From: Geosiphon pyriformis uo1
Lineage: Eukaryota > Fungi > Glomeromycota
Length of the DNA: 64,000 nt
NCBI GenBank assembly: GCA_016748015.1
Contig: JAAOMT010000097.1
Location: forward strand, 62,001-126,000
Direction of reading: 5' to 3'
Shown here: piece by piece, positions 39,402 to 53,699 of the stretch
Layout of the letters: the number at the start of each line of letters is the position of its first letter
Numbering within the stretch: position 1 is the stretch's first letter
Translations under genes and position numbers: made by a program
Notes under the pieces: generated by a model
The model's input: only the letters and a program-made list of their open reading frames with translations
Databases searched by the model: none
Told to the model about the DNA's origin: nothing

Positions 39402-42067
39402 CTAAGAATTAGGTAAAAATTTATATGGATTCATAATGCCATTAGGATCAAAGCTTTTCTTAACCTTTTTCATCAAATCGATCATGGATGGAGATTTTGA
39501 ATAGCAAAGATAATTAGCCTTCATCAATCCAAGTCCATGTTCTAAAACAAAAATAGTCAATAAATCAAATCAAAATAGTGTGAAAATAAATTGAAGACAT
39601 ACCAGCTGATATAGATCCTTGGTGTTTTTCTAAAAGGTAGAAAAATGAGAAATTGAATATCAAGAAAGATGATAACAGTAGCCGGGTATAATACCTGTCC
39701 ATTCATATACATAGGGTTCTATAAGTTTGGTAACCTTGGGATCGTAAGATTTGGCAGTTATATTCAAATGCAAGTTACCTAAAAAGAAATTAAATAAAAT
39801 TATTAGCTTTTTGGAAAGCAAATTAGAAAATTTGCATTATTAAAGGCGACTTATCCTCACCGTCCCCAATATGACCATAACCAATTACATTGGTCACGGG
39901 CTTATCATTTCCAACCACTTCAGCCTCGATTAAACGAGCTTTGACATCCTCAACCATTTGATATAAAACTGGGACTGGCGTGGATATATCATACTTATAT
40001 ACAGCCCCTGCCTTGCTACATGCCTCTGGAATACCCTCACGAAAAGCCCACAGACTCTTTATCTGCGAGATATCTTGAGCAATAACACCGTCCTGGACTA
40101 CTTCAGTATTCAACAACTTTTCCAAAAACTGTTCAAGTTTCTTGATACAAAAAACTCGAATGAATTTACTTATAAGTATTTAATGAAATTTTATGATGAA
40201 TACTAACCTCATCGTCATGTTCTTTATTCGACCCACTTGTTTCAATTAAAATATAAAAAGGATATTCACCCTCCAACGGGAACTTTGTACCGTGAGAATG
40301 AGCTTTAACAAGCCTCAACGCCTCAATATCCCAGAATTCGAAAGCTAAAATTTAAGGATACGAAATTTAACACACAATAATAAAAAGCTGTAAGATGAAT
40401 TTTTGGTACCAGACAAAATCTCGGTTAGTTCTTCTTTCGAGTTTGTGAATGCTTTTTGAACTTGTTGAAAGGTGTTCGTTCCCAGTAATGCCACATTCAC
40501 AGCCTTTCATAAATTAACAGACTCAAATCAAATTTCTGAGAATGATGATTGAAAGATGGTAGAATTTCAAAGAAACATCCAAACCTTTGGCCTTCGTGGA
40601 GTAAGAATTGAGACTCCGGTGACAAGGCCAAGAGTGCCCTCTGAGCCGATAAAAAGTTGTTTAAGATCGTAGCCTATAAAAGGTAGGTTCTCAGAATTGT
40701 TTTGGGAAGTATGAGAGTTTAAAATCCGAAAAAGTGAGAACAATCATAATTTTTAAAAACCTGTATTGTCTTTACGAAGACTCGAAAGATTATCTAAAAT
40801 TGTACCATCAGGAAGAACCTAAACCAATATGTTTGTTCTCCGATTTAATTTTTTCTTCGCGAAATTACTATCCCTTTTTTTTTAAAAACATACCGCCTCC
40901 AATCCTAGCACTGTACCATGAAGTGATCCATACCGCAAATATCTAAGACCACCAGCATTAGTTGCAACATTGCCACCGATATGACAGCTGTGAAAACGAA
41001 TTATAATATCTAGGTAATATGAATTATTATTTGACCAAATGAATCTACTAAGAAGCTTAAGAGAAACTGTAAAAATTGGTAACTGATTTTACCTGCCCTT
41101 AGCTCCCATATCTAAAGGCATGATGTGTCCACGTTCAGCCAGATAGTTATCAAGGACTTCTAAAATGCAGCCCGCATCACAAACTACCACCCCTGTAAGA
41201 TATTATCACTTAAAATCAAGTAATATAATAAGTTTACAGGTAAAGACTTATAGTATATTTAGTTTTACCCGAGATAGGATCAAAACTCCTGATTTTGTTC
41301 AAATTACTAGTGCTAAATACAATTTCATCAAAAACAGGTACGCCTCCCCCTGGATTTTTATTTGATTAAATTCAGAAAAATATAGAACTTCAAATCAAAT
41401 ATCCGTTTAAAAGTTCAAAAGGCTTACCAACAAGACCAGTATTACCACCTTGTGGAACTACAGCCAGTCTAGCGATAGCAAGAGAACCATTCAATTAGCT
41501 AATAATAGGTTGCATCGTTATCAATAATGTACAAACCGTTTTTCGTTGCAGTATTTCAAAATTTGGGAAATTTGTTGAGTAAATTTCGGTTTGACGACGA
41601 GCCGCGATTTGCCCCGATACTTTCGCATCCAGTCAAGGTTATATGGTAATAAGTCATCGCTATTGGTGCCATTATCGACAATTATCTCACTTGAAGAAAG
41701 AATTGATTTGAAGAAGATGATGTCTTCTTCCAAGAGCTGAAAAACAAAATGTCGAACCGATGCAATCAGACTCAAACATAAGTACTTTTCCAAGACAGCA
41801 TCAAATAATATATACTTCTTTGAAACTTGGGTTGCGTTTTAAATATGCATATTTATCAGCCGTATAAGAAACTTCTTTATTTGACTTTTTATCCTGTGTA
41901 GGTATTTCTGCGGTACCTGTTTTCTCTGTTGCATAATGACGACTACGGAACAAGCCAGCTCTCCATATTTCTTTTACAAAATGTTCTAACCTATTCCTAT
42001 TTTGAATTGTATTTCTTGAAACACTTTGTAAAAGCTGGTAAGATCTAAAATGGTTGTGTAAATTCAT
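39402..42067 (-). CDS. DLD2: Mitochondrial D-2-hydroxyglutarate/D-lactate dehydrogenase (FAD-linked oxidase, many exons)
   Basis: [11 protein letters not shown]; MPLDMGAKG; ATNAGGLR; [22 protein letters not shown]; YKYDIS; [13 protein letters not shown]; GSISAEHGLG; [11 protein letters not shown]. The start codon is tentative. Confidence 0.93.
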
Positions 42068-42378
42068 GAGAATAATTTTCGGCTTCTTTATTGTTAACAG
42101 GGATCAAAAATAATCGTAATCTGTTTTTTTTGATCTCGTAACATTTTTGAGGCAGATCTCTATTTAAGGTAAGGACTCTCACCATTATTGTCACAATACA
42201 GGTCCAAGAACTGGAATACTTTTTTCGAAAATCTATTGTAAATAATAAGGAAGAGAAGAATAAATCAACATTCCCTTTTGCCATTTTCCTTCTACCACAT
42301 CCTTGCAAACCTTAACTTTCTCAACTCGCCTCAAAATACTTTACCTTTATAGTTAAGGAAGAACTTTTAAACGGGAAA

Positions 42379-44100
42379 ATGCCCAAAAAAACCGACAGGA
42401 AGCCCCCACCTGCTGGCCTCCCTACGTCCAAAGGAATTGACAAGAATGCTGTTTCAAAAAAGCCTAAGGTTAATACTGGCGTGAGTAGGGTGGACGACAT
42501 TGCATGGGGAATTCTCGTTCCCACCTCTAAATCCACGTCAAATGAACCTGTCGAATTAACAACCAATCAACACCTTATTGGTCGCTCTTATGAATGTAAA
42601 ACCATTATTCATAATTCCGCCGTGAGTACCAAGCATTGTCTTATCCATCGTCACGTTATCACTGAAAACAGCAGATCACGCTTTCAGTATATCTTGGAGG
42701 ATGGAAGTCAAAACGGCACCTTCATCCATGGTCTAAAGGTAGGACAAAATCAACGACGGATTCTTCAGCATGGTGATATTATTAGTATCCCCCAAGATGG
42801 GGTCCCTCCTTTGGAATGGTCTTTCCTCATCGTTGAAAAGGGAGATCGTCCTAGTGATTTTGCAAGTAAATGGACTATTGTTAGGCGTCTTGGCAAAGGT
42901 CAATTCGCTGAAGTAAAATTAGCCGTACCTTATGGAGAGGATCCTAATGACCTACAAACCAAAAAGGCCGCAGTCAAAATTATCACTAAGGCAGCATTAA
43001 CACATGATAAACTTCGAGCAAATCTAAAAAGTGAAATCGCTATCTTAAGAAGCATGACTCACCCATCAATAACTGACGTCTATGAGGTATTCGATGAAGA
43101 AGAGTTTATATATATTGTAATGGAGTATGTTCCGGATAAAGAATTCTTTGACTTTATATCTGAGAATAGGCTTCTTAATGAAAACCAGACGAGAAAGGTC
43201 TTTTCTCAGATATTCAATGCAGTTAAATACCTTCATGATCAAAACATAACCCATCGAGATTTAAAACCGGAAAATATCTTGATGGCAAATAAGAGTACCT
43301 TGACTATCAAAATTTCTGATTTTGGACTTGCCAAAATTCTTGGTAATTCCGATGGCGTAATGACAACACTTTGCGGAACTCCAACTTACGTTGCTCCCGA
43401 GATTCTACAACCAAAGAGAGACCGAAGCTATACAAATAAGGTAGATATGTGGAGCCTAGGGGTTATTCTTTATGTTTGCCTCTGTGGATTCCCTCCATTT
43501 GCAAGAGAACTGGGGCCTCCAAATTTGCCTGAACAAATTAAAACAGGTCAATATACCTTCCCATCTCCTTATTGGGATAGAGTCAGTAGGGAAGCTAAGG
43601 ATTTAGTCAAGAAACTTCTTAAAGTGAGTCCCGAAGAACGCCTTTCTGTAGACCAAGCCCTTGCTCACCCTTTTATGACTAAGGATCCACTCCCATTAGA
43701 GGATGAACAGGAAATGGAATATTTTTCACGAGTTAATTATCATGCTCCAAGAGATCAAACGATGATACTTGACGTACATGAGATAGTAATTCCACGATTA
43801 CGTCGTGTCAAATCTGAAGAAGCTGAGAGACAAATAGAGAAATCCAGTCAATATATTACTTCGGTAAAGAGGGAGGATACTCAAGATCAACCAGGGTCTT
43901 CAAACTTTTTAACAGCTTTAGCGGCCACTATTCTGCCTGAAAATGATGAGAATATAAATACCCAAAACCATTTAGGTGCTTTTGGAATGCCAGATGTTGA
44001 TGGTACCCTATTTTCTATGAATGGTCAATCGATTTATACCACCGCACATGAAAATATCACTGGGGCCTGGTTTCCTCCACAACAAAACGGTGATGATTGA
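42379..44100 (+). CDS. FHA-domain Ser/Thr checkpoint kinase (Chk2/Cds1/Dun1 family), intronless
   Basis: FHA motifs IGRS, STKH, NGTF; kinase motifs GKGQFA, AVK, HRDLKPEN, DFGLAK, TTLCGTPTYVAPE, FPSPYWD. Confidence 0.95.
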   Translation: MPKKTDRKPPPAGLPTSKGIDKNAVSKKPKVNTGVSRVDDIAWGILVPTSKSTSNEPVELTTNQHLIGRSYECKTIIHNSAVSTKHCLIHRHVITENSRSRFQYILEDGSQNGTFIHGLKVGQNQRRILQHGDIISIPQDGVPPLEWSFLIVEKGDRPSDFASKWTIVRRLGKGQFAEVKLAVPYGEDPNDLQTKKAAVKIITKAALTHDKLRANLKSEIAILRSMTHPSITDVYEVFDEEEFIYIVMEYVPDKEFFDFISENRLLNENQTRKVFSQIFNAVKYLHDQNITHRDLKPENILMANKSTLTIKISDFGLAKILGNSDGVMTTLCGTPTYVAPEILQPKRDRSYTNKVDMWSLGVILYVCLCGFPPFARELGPPNLPEQIKTGQYTFPSPYWDRVSREAKDLVKKLLKVSPEERLSVDQALAHPFMTKDPLPLEDEQEMEYFSRVNYHAPRDQTMILDVHEIVIPRLRRVKSEEAERQIEKSSQYITSVKREDTQDQPGSSNFLTALAATILPENDENINTQNHLGAFGMPDVDGTLFSMNGQSIYTTAHENITGAWFPPQQNGDD

Positions 44101-46006
44101 ATAAAGAGGATTTCAATGATATGTATAATACGTGAATATAATTTGTTGAGTCTGTGCAATTACAGAAATGGTATACAACCACAATTTTCTATCGGGATGA
44201 TAGTATATCATCAGGCAATACCTTATTAAGATATATAAATGCATCCTACAAAATTCCTGTGACTACTGTTTAATATTACAAATATAATGTACCAACGCTG
44301 ATGAGTCGAAAATTTATTTATTAATACGAACCAAAGTATTGAGACCTTTCAACTATTTGATAAAAGTCCCACAGAAAGACTTTGATTTGATGAAAATATG
44401 AAATATTATTTGTGGGAATGACTGAATGGAAAAAACTTTTTTGAATTGACTCGTGTTCATTATTTGATTATAAAATTTTTCACGAAAACTAGATTTCAAC
44501 CAATTTGAGGAATTGGCAAACCATTAATCTTTTCGTTTCTAGGAATCGTTTTCTAACAATTTATTAAAGTATTCGTCAACCCAATTGATAGTTATCTTTC
44601 TACGAGCTAAAATTAAATGATTGAGAAAATTTTATTTATAGAACCATTTAAAACAAATATTACATTTTACCAAAATAAAAAATAATTTTTTACATTAATT
44701 TTTTGGCTTTTTTTAAATTATTAAATAATTAATTTTTTAATATGTATAAAACAAAAAAATATGTGCAACACATTTTATTAATAAATTTATTTTTATTGCT
44801 ATATTAATTAAATATAATAATTAAATTATTAATTATATATATATAATTTCAAATTTTGATTTTTATTAACAAAAGTATAATACATAAAATAAACAGTATT
44901 TAAAACTTATATATTTTTTTATATAAAATTAATTGTAAATATATTATTATAAACTTGAAATTTTTAATTTTAATCATAAAAATATTTTAAATTAAATAAT
45001 TACAAATATAATATATAAAACTGATCTTTGATATAGTTATATGTTTTTTATGCGATTGTAATTTTTCCAAAATTATATTTTATAAACAAACTTAATAATA
45101 AGAATTTAATTATTGTTAAAATTATTTTGTATAATTTTTACTTTGATAATTAAATAGTTATTATTATAATTTATTAAAATTAGAATTTTTAAAGTTTTTT
45201 AAAAACAGCTACCTTTAGAAAACTTATCTCCTCAAAAATCATTTCTCGATCAGATTGAGACAAAATTTAGTGAACCAATCAATCTTCTGCCCAAATAAAA
45301 CCTGTTTTTGTGCCTCAAAAGATACAAGAATAAGGCTAACTGCTAAGTATTGTCTTGTCGAATCACTTTACAGCCAGGTACAAGAAAAACTTAACTCTTT
45401 AAATGAATATTAGCATTTAATCAATTTTTAATAATAACGAAAGAAAATCAACATTAAAAGATTTCGCAGACTTCTTTTGCACAGCCAATCTTCACCTTAA
45501 GCGCCAAAATCGCTAGAAAAAGAAGAAAGTGGCTTTGAAAAGTTTCGATCAATCAATCCTCGGAAGATTAAAGATCAACAAATTGCAAAGTATGACAGCA
45601 TTCGGCATAAGCCTGAAAACAAAATTTCAATTGCCTGGAAAGATTTAAAAACAAAAATTTTGTCACCCAATTTTTTAAATAAGGTATTGATTAGCAAAAA
45701 TGTCGATCACTAACAGTGATCGAAAATAAAATACTTTGAACGTATTTTTAATATCTAACCTTTTTCCCCTTCGTTTTAGTTAGAGAACCATTAAAAATAA
45801 ATAAATGAATAAAAGTTTAAAAAGCTAACAAAAAAATTTCTTAATCAGCCAATAAATATTTGTTTTTCTTTGATAAGTTTATAATTAAAACTGTCTTTGT
45901 TTTCTTGATGACTCAATTAGTCCTAATATTTGCCATCTATTTAACTTGAAGTTGGAACAAAACCAATTGAATAAATTTTAAGAATTGGTTGTCCCATTGC
46001 TACAAA

Positions 46007-49000
46007 ATGGCAACGCTTGAGACTGCGCAAAATTATTCTCCTACCTGGCTTGGTTTGGCATCCCAACTTGGTATATCTTCCTCAATATCTTTATATTGCT
46101 TGTTACAATTTGAATGGAACAGGAGGAAAAAATCGATGGAATATCTTTATACTCCTCGGACGAGGTTATCAAAGTAAGGGCTCGGAAATTTTTATCATTT
46201 ATTTCCATGTATCTCCTGAAGATTTTTCGAATAGAAATTAGCGAATATATAGTTGGTACCTTATTACCTTTCGGGGACCTTTTCTTTCTAATTAAATTTA
46301 AATAAAAATCCTTGCTCAATATGGTTCTTGATAGAAACGCGTAAATTTTCACCTTTTCAAGTGTTTAAGATTCAAAACTTGCATTGGCTTGATCAAAAGA
46401 ATTATCAACAACACATCTTAGGAAATTCACTAAGTCGCGTTTTTCCCCGTAATTTGATATAGAAATGCATCACCACCTATCCCTCCTGGTCTTTTCAGTT
46501 GGATCAATGCCACACTTTTTTTGCCAGAAAAATTTTATCTACAAAATGTGGGATTAGACGCTGTTATGTATATCCGATTTCTTGGGATGGCTCTTAAATT
46601 CCTTCTATTCAATGTGGTCGTCGTTTGCTCGATTCTTATGCCTATTAACTATTTCGGAAAGGGAGAAGAAAAAGGAGTTCAAGTTTTTTCCGTCAACAAT
46701 CTTAGCTCTGACAATTATGAGCATCTTTGGGCACACATGATTTGTACATATATTGTCAGTTTAAGCTGGATGTATCTTTTGTATATTAATTATTGGGATT
46801 ACATGATGATGCGGCGAGACCATTTCATGAATAAAGCAAGGTCGGGATCCGTAAGCGCTCGCACAATCATGGTTTCAAGGATTCCAGAGGAATTGAGATC
46901 CGAAGAGCAATTGAAAGCACATTTTGAAGCATTAGGGGTAGGGTCTATCGAATCTGCTAGATTAGTTAGAGAAATGGGTAAACTTAACCGAAAAATTGCC
47001 AGACGTGAAAATGCGCTCCTTGCTCTGGAAAAAGCTCACATTCAGCTCGCCCGTAATGTTTGTAAAGCTATAAAAAAAAGACATTGGTATAATTTTGGAC
47101 CTGGATTGTGTGGATATTTATCTCCTACCAATAAAGATGTTCCGTCTACAACAGTTGAAGATGGTAGCTTTAATGAATACCAGAACCTTCAATCGCTTGC
47201 AATTTTAATGGGTCAACCAAAAAAGAAGGAGCCTCAAACGGGTGGCTCCCAAGAACAACATGCAAACGTGGACGGAGCTGTAACTGGACAATCAGCAATC
47301 ACAGCTACTGCCAGCACATTTTCGTCAAATGAAGATTTCCTAGAACAAGAAGATGGATATGGACGTCAATTTCTTATATGGGAGGCTCTTAGAAAAATAT
47401 CAAAATCTACCTTGGACAAATATCAACCCTTCAGTACGACCGGTTATTGTGGAACCGGTAATCGCGTGCGCTCAATAGATCACTTCTTAAAAAAATTTAA
47501 TTATTTGGATCGGCGTATCGCTGAACTTCGTGCTATTTATATAAATGAAAGACCTCCAAAACCCACAAGTACTGCGTTTATTACTTTTCACAGTCATGCT
47601 AATGCCCAAATGGCTGCTCAAAGCATTATGGAGTCAAAACCGCACACATGTACAACCAAGATGGCTCCTGAACCTAGGGATATATTATGGGAAAATTTGT
47701 CAATGAGATTTCGGGAGAAAATGGCTCGATTTCTGTTCGTCAATGCTAGCGTATGGTTAGTACCAAAAGTTAATCCTCTTATTATAGTAAATAAGCAGGT
47801 TAAACTTATTACTTTTTGACCATGAAATTTCAAACTTTAAGCTCTCTTATTCTTCGTATTCGAATTTACTTAGGGCTCTTACAATATTTTGGCTCTTCCC
47901 TATATTTGCCTTTCTAACACTCACTTCGATTGACTCTCTTTCACAAAGAATTCATTTTCTGGGACCCTTTTTGGATGCCCGTCCAATTGTTCGGACGCTG
48001 TTACAAAATGTTTTGCCAACTGTACTCGTATCTTTCTTCATGGCTATGCTACCTTGGATATTGATGGGTAAATAAATTCGTTAAGCATCGTAATTTGTAT
48101 TCATCCTTTGAGGTTCTATCACTAATAAAATATAACACTTGAATCGATAGAAATTTCCAAGCAAGAATCATTTCCTTGTTATTCTGAGCTTGAGGAGGCA
48201 GTTTTGGTTCGATACTATCACTTCTCATTTTTTAACGTGTTTATTGTCTTTCTATTGGGTATCACTTTTTTGGAGTCAATATTTGATGTGATCAATCAGC
48301 CCACGAGTATAATAGAGACCTTAGCTAAGAGCTTACCGCAGGTAAATATATATTGAACCACTTATAATATCGCACTTTAATAATCTTAAATTTTTTTCAT
48401 TTATTCAGGGAGCGACATTTTTCATTTATTATATCATTTTCAATATTTGTACTCATGGTCTTGAACTTATTCAAGTTGGGTCGCAACTTTTCCTCCACAT
48501 ACTTCTTACCTCTCGATTTGTTGCTACGACCCCTCGAATGCTTCAGCGAGTCACACATCCTTGGCCCTTTCAATTCTACTACTATTACCCTAACCATATA
48601 CTAATTCTTGTGATGACCATTACATACTCTACTATCAATCCTTTGATAATTATTTTCTCACTCGTTTATTACGCTATAGCCTACGTCGTTTATAAACATC
48701 AATTCGCTTATTGTTATGTGCGCCGTTACGAATCAGGTGGCAAGTTTTTCCGTCGTGTTTTTGGCTACACTACTGACGGCCTTATAATATTTCAGCTCAC
48801 GATAATAGGGTTGATTTGGCTGAGGACTGCCATAATTGCTGGGGCCTTCCTTGTACCTTTAGTTGTAGGGACTGGATATTTCAAATATTATTGTCATAAA
48901 ACTTTCTATTCTAGAACACACTTCTTGGCATTAGATACACGAATAGAAATGGAAATTTTAAAAGCAAAAGGAGATGATTTAGGCCAATCAGAAGCTGATC

Positions 49001-50418
49001 CAGCCGACAGGATCGTGGATAGCGAAAAAAACAACTTACCAAACGATACAACTGAGTCGATTAATGAAAAGCCCTCATCACCTGTAGTTATTTCTTCAAA
49101 CGCCCACGATAGGGAAAAACAAGACCTTGACGATGAGAAATTTAAGGAAAACAGATATCCCTCTCCATTACATGGAAGCTTGGGTTCAATGTTCGCTCGG
49201 CGTTCTTTCGGAGAAGGATTCCAAAGGTTAGAAGGGCGTAATGCAAGTAGTGAGAGTGTTTCGGACAGTACGACAGCCGTCCTAAAAGCCAATTTAGGGG
49301 AAAATATTAGCCAAGGGACAAATACATCTAGTCGAGGCTCAATATTTAGAGAAAGCGATGCGTCTCAATCTCAAATGAAGCCGCGCTTTGGTTTAACTGA
49401 TTTGCCAAGAGATTTAACACCAATAAGCTCGGGAAAGCTCAAGACAAAAACGGATGACCCAAACCTAGGAAAAAATCCCACAGATGTTGAATTTCAACAG
49501 CTGTTTGGAGGTAGATTCAAAGGTGAACGGGGAGTGTCGGGCTTAACGTTAAACTTGGATGGCATTAAAGGTTCTAATCAAGGCGGCATTAGTGCATTAA
49601 AAGAGGGAAAATTATCAAGTCCATCTCAAAAGGAACCTCATAAAGTTCAGCGCGTATCTTTACAAATAATTCCACAATCAATAGATAATACTGAGAAAGG
49701 ACCTGACACGATTTCAGAAAGTAATGAACCTATCAACAGAATAATTTTAACAGCATCTCCAAAAGGTCAATCGGGCTCAATATTACCGAGTCAAATGCAA
49801 ACTGGTTTCCTCAATGTACCATCACATACACCACGTACACCTTCCGGAATTTTGTTACGTGCAAATCTTAATTTGGCGCATGATCCCAACAGAATATCAA
49901 TTCAAGACGACACCTCGCCTTATCAAACTTATTTTCATCCTAATCTTGTGAAAGCGTTAAATCGTAAACTTTGGCTTCCTCGGAATCCACTTAAAAAGAT
50001 TACTATTGAGGATACAGTTGAATTGGATCGTGCATTGACTTCGAGTGAAGGCGGGTCTGGTGTAGTTGGATATTGGGGAGGAGCATCTGGTTTTCTAGGT
50101 GAAGCGCGAATCAGTATGTATGACACAAATAGGCAACCAGTTTTTCCTATACATGAGCGTGCAGCTACTGATGGGGGATGTTTAGAAGAACATCCTCGAA
50201 TGATTGTGCATCGGCGCGCCATGACAGAAAATGCAGCACTTTATCGTGGAAATAATGACAATCCTATTAGTCCAATTTCGCGTGAATTCGGTGAAGGGGG
50301 GGCACCATTTTCACCTTGTTTTCCTCTTACCCCTGAAGAGGAAGGGATTGTGTTGGAAGAAGATTTTGAGAGTGGTGAACTGGAGACTGGGGAATTGACT
50401 AGTGGGGAAACTTTTTAA
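46007..50418 (+). CDS. OSCA/TMEM63/CSC1-family (DUF221) channel (5 exons)
   Basis: LYTPR; GLDAVMYIRFL; ARTIMVS; AFITF; MAPEPRDILWENL; YSTINPLI; YKHQFAYCY...YESGG; long disordered C-terminal tail. Confidence 0.95.
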
Positions 50419-50976
50419 AATATATCACATAATAAATAATAATAATTGGGAGTTTATGTGAACGGGAAAAAGATTACCGGCAAGAAGGAGTTAGCATCCT
50501 TATTTTATATTTAAACTCGGTACTTGGTTACATATTGTGGGTGAATGGGCTAATGGGGGTTTTTGGAATATCAAAGATCAAGAAGAAATAGACTTTGGGT
50601 GTTATCGTAATGATATTATATAATCTTTTTCATAAAATACAGTGTGCCTTTTCTTTAAAGTTGTTATTTACAATAATTAATTACTGGATCCGTGATGATC
50701 TTCTTGTAAAATATAATTCAATCATCGAAATACTGATTTTGTTAAATTGATCAAAAATAGGCTATTCGTTTTTCGTTGAATCAAAAATCAAATTTTCAAG
50801 GTTTCTTGAGCCAATCTAAATCATTGATATAAAATGGGATGGCTAGATAATCAATTATTATTTATTTCTTTACGGGGTTGATTATGTCACTCCAGGTTCT
50901 GATTCACAAATTAAAATTTTATAAAAATTAACATTTCGAGTCGCTGTAGTTTTTCTTCAAAAGATAAGTAATAATA

Positions 50977-53378
50977 ATGAACACGCTTGTCGCCCAACTA
51001 GCTGAAATTACCAATCCGGCACCTAAAGGTAGGCTACATAGCCTTCTTTGAAAAAAGCTTATACTGATTATTTGTCATAATCATTTGCGGTTCGTTTGGT
51101 CACAGATTATGATCCCGATAGTTTCGGGGAACCCTATCGTGACAATGGCTTCGAGAGCAGTAGTGGAGAAAGTGAAGAAAACGATATCGAGGCTGGAAGG
51201 GAGCATTATGTTCACGTCGGGTAATAAAAATTTTCATCTTGACCTGGATACGATACAAAATATATAATGTTATTAATAAAATGTAATTCTCATATTTGCG
51301 CGTTTAGAAAGAGTCTTCTTCGGCAAAACCTCAATCTAATTTTAGAAGATCCAAAATATACAGGGAAAAAGAGTAGTCGCAAAGTAATTTTCAATGACCA
51401 TTTTGATTTGGAAGATAGATTGGAATCTCAGATCAGAGGTGATTCTTCTCGAGCTACAACTCAAGATCTAGCCACCAAAGAGATGATGAGCGATTCAGAT
51501 TCAAGCCTATCTGAAGAATTAGAAAAAAACGAAAGCTCCAATCATTCTAGTCTATCTCGAAGTAAAGCAGACGTAAAAGGGAATTCTGATACTGAAGAAG
51601 ATCATTCCCCACAATTCTCCTCGGAATCTGAAATTGATGATGATCCAACTTCTTCTACTTATGCTGAAGGTTTTGATAATCAGGTAGAGGGTTTTTAAGA
51701 ATTGGGCTTGAGATTTGACAGATAAAAAACTTTTGTAATCTCTTCAAATACAAAGATGTCGACCTATTCACAATCTATTCATCAAGAATTAAGAGAGATC
51801 GAAGAAGATGAAAGGTCAAATCACCAAAAGGATATTAAATATTTCTCGTATCTTTTCGTAGCTATCCATCTAAAGCTAATAAAATCCGTCATATAGGAAC
51901 TTGGTGAAAAAGATCTCACAAAATGCCAAAGCTGATATCATTAAGGGTCAACATGTTAAGGCTCAAATGGTAAGACCGATAATTTTTTAAAGACAATTTA
52001 CAAATTAAATCATATGTATAATTCGCTTAGGATCTTTGGGATACTTGCCTAGACACTCGAATACGCCTACAAAAAGCATTGGCAATAACAAATTGCCTAC
52101 CCCAAGTGAGTAAAATACACTTTTCAATTAGAACATTCCATATTAACTTATTATATTTTTTACAATGTTAGTACGATACATATCAACAATTTACCTCAAC
52201 CAAAGCTAAATTGACGATTGAAGAAACCCAGAAAGAGCTACATGAACTTATTGAATCGTTAATTGATTTGCGAAAGGTTAGTTTTTTAAATTTCTCAAAT
52301 TTATATATTTTGTATATTAATATGTATACATCCTTATTAGGATCTTTTCCATAATAATGAAAACATCCATATCTCTGACGACGCTGTAAACACCAGAAAA
52401 CGTCATTTTAAAGATGTAGATTACACTGAAAATTTATGGAATGAGATGCAAACTCTTCACGAAAACTTCCTTCCTTTTCGTACCCAGACCATTGAAAAAT
52501 GGAATAACAAAGTCCAAATTGTATCTGGTCTACCGTTAAACAAAAAGTTCAAAGTTATAAATCAGAACCTTAATTCCCAAATCGAACAAATACTTCATGA
52601 TCATGAGAGACTTCTTAAGAGAACACAGTTGAAGAGGAATGATGATAGAATAATTGGCAAGGTACTAAGGAATATTTCAAGAAATTTGATTTCAAAATTA
52701 TATTCATCAATAAAGCACTTTTTATTCATGGAACAATAGTGTGAAAGCGATGCGGCTAAGCCATTAAACGAGAATAAAGGAAAGGATGAACATTTATCAC
52801 AGTATGACCCAGAAATCTTTGACGATACTGATTTTTATCAGCAGTTGTTACGAGAATTGATCGAAAGCAGGATGGTTGACACTGGTAAAAAAAAAAAAAA
52901 AATCCTTTCAAAAGGTTTATAGAGAGATTACATGTGAGGAATTTATTTTAGATGATCCGATTGCATTGGGAATACGTTGGGCAGCTCTCAAACAAACCAA
53001 ACAAAAGAAAAAGAAAGTTGATACGAAAGCTAGTAAGGGGAGGCGGTTGAGGTAACAACTTATTACGTTGGAAAGAATCAAGTCAAATTTAATTCGATTC
53101 CTGACATTGTGTACAATTTTGAATTTTATGATATTAGATATCATGTTCACGAAAAGCTCCAAAACTTTATGGTTCCTATTCCATCCGGTACTTGGCATGA
53201 AGACATGATAGATGAGCTATACGCTTCACTATTGGGTAAAAAATATGACACAGGAATTTCTAGTCTGGCCGAAAATGGGTCAAATAATACACCAGCTCAA
53301 TTGAATGATGATAAAGGCGCTAGAGAGATTCCAATTGAAATCGGAATGGATGAATTAGGAATTTTGGATATAAGGTAA
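50977..53378 (+). CDS. BFR2: BFR2/AATF ribosome-biogenesis protein (multi-exon)
   Basis: REHYVHVG|KSLLR; [11 protein letters not shown]; KGQHVKAQ; LDTRIRLQK; [17 protein letters not shown]; [12 protein letters not shown]|[13 protein letters not shown]. Confidence 0.95.
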
Positions 53379-53699
53379 TAGCCCTTTTTTAATTTCTAAT
53401 ATTAACTCCGGATTCGAGAAGAATAAGGGATCGTCGAGACTATTTTGTAAGTGATGTGTCTCTATCAGGGTTTAAAGATAACTCAAACAAAGATTCGTAA
53501 AGCAATCCTTGACTTCGGAAATATTGATTGAAGTCAAGGATAATGTCATTAGAATCAGTTAAGGTAAAATTGAATTTTGAAACAATCCCATGATATTTTG
53601 GGCAAGAATATTTATATTGAGGATATAGAGCCTCTAAAGTGAATAGAATCATATGAAACGGTACATGATTGGCCAGAAAATATGAATAAAAAAACTGCA

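Noticed and set aside
40346-40409. U12-like TCCTTAA near a DLD2 acceptor
   Set aside because: The donor of that intron (GTACCA) is not U12-type.
44298-44311. CTGATGA-GTC-GAAA hammerhead-like core
   Set aside because: No room for stem II, and no compatible stems I/III.
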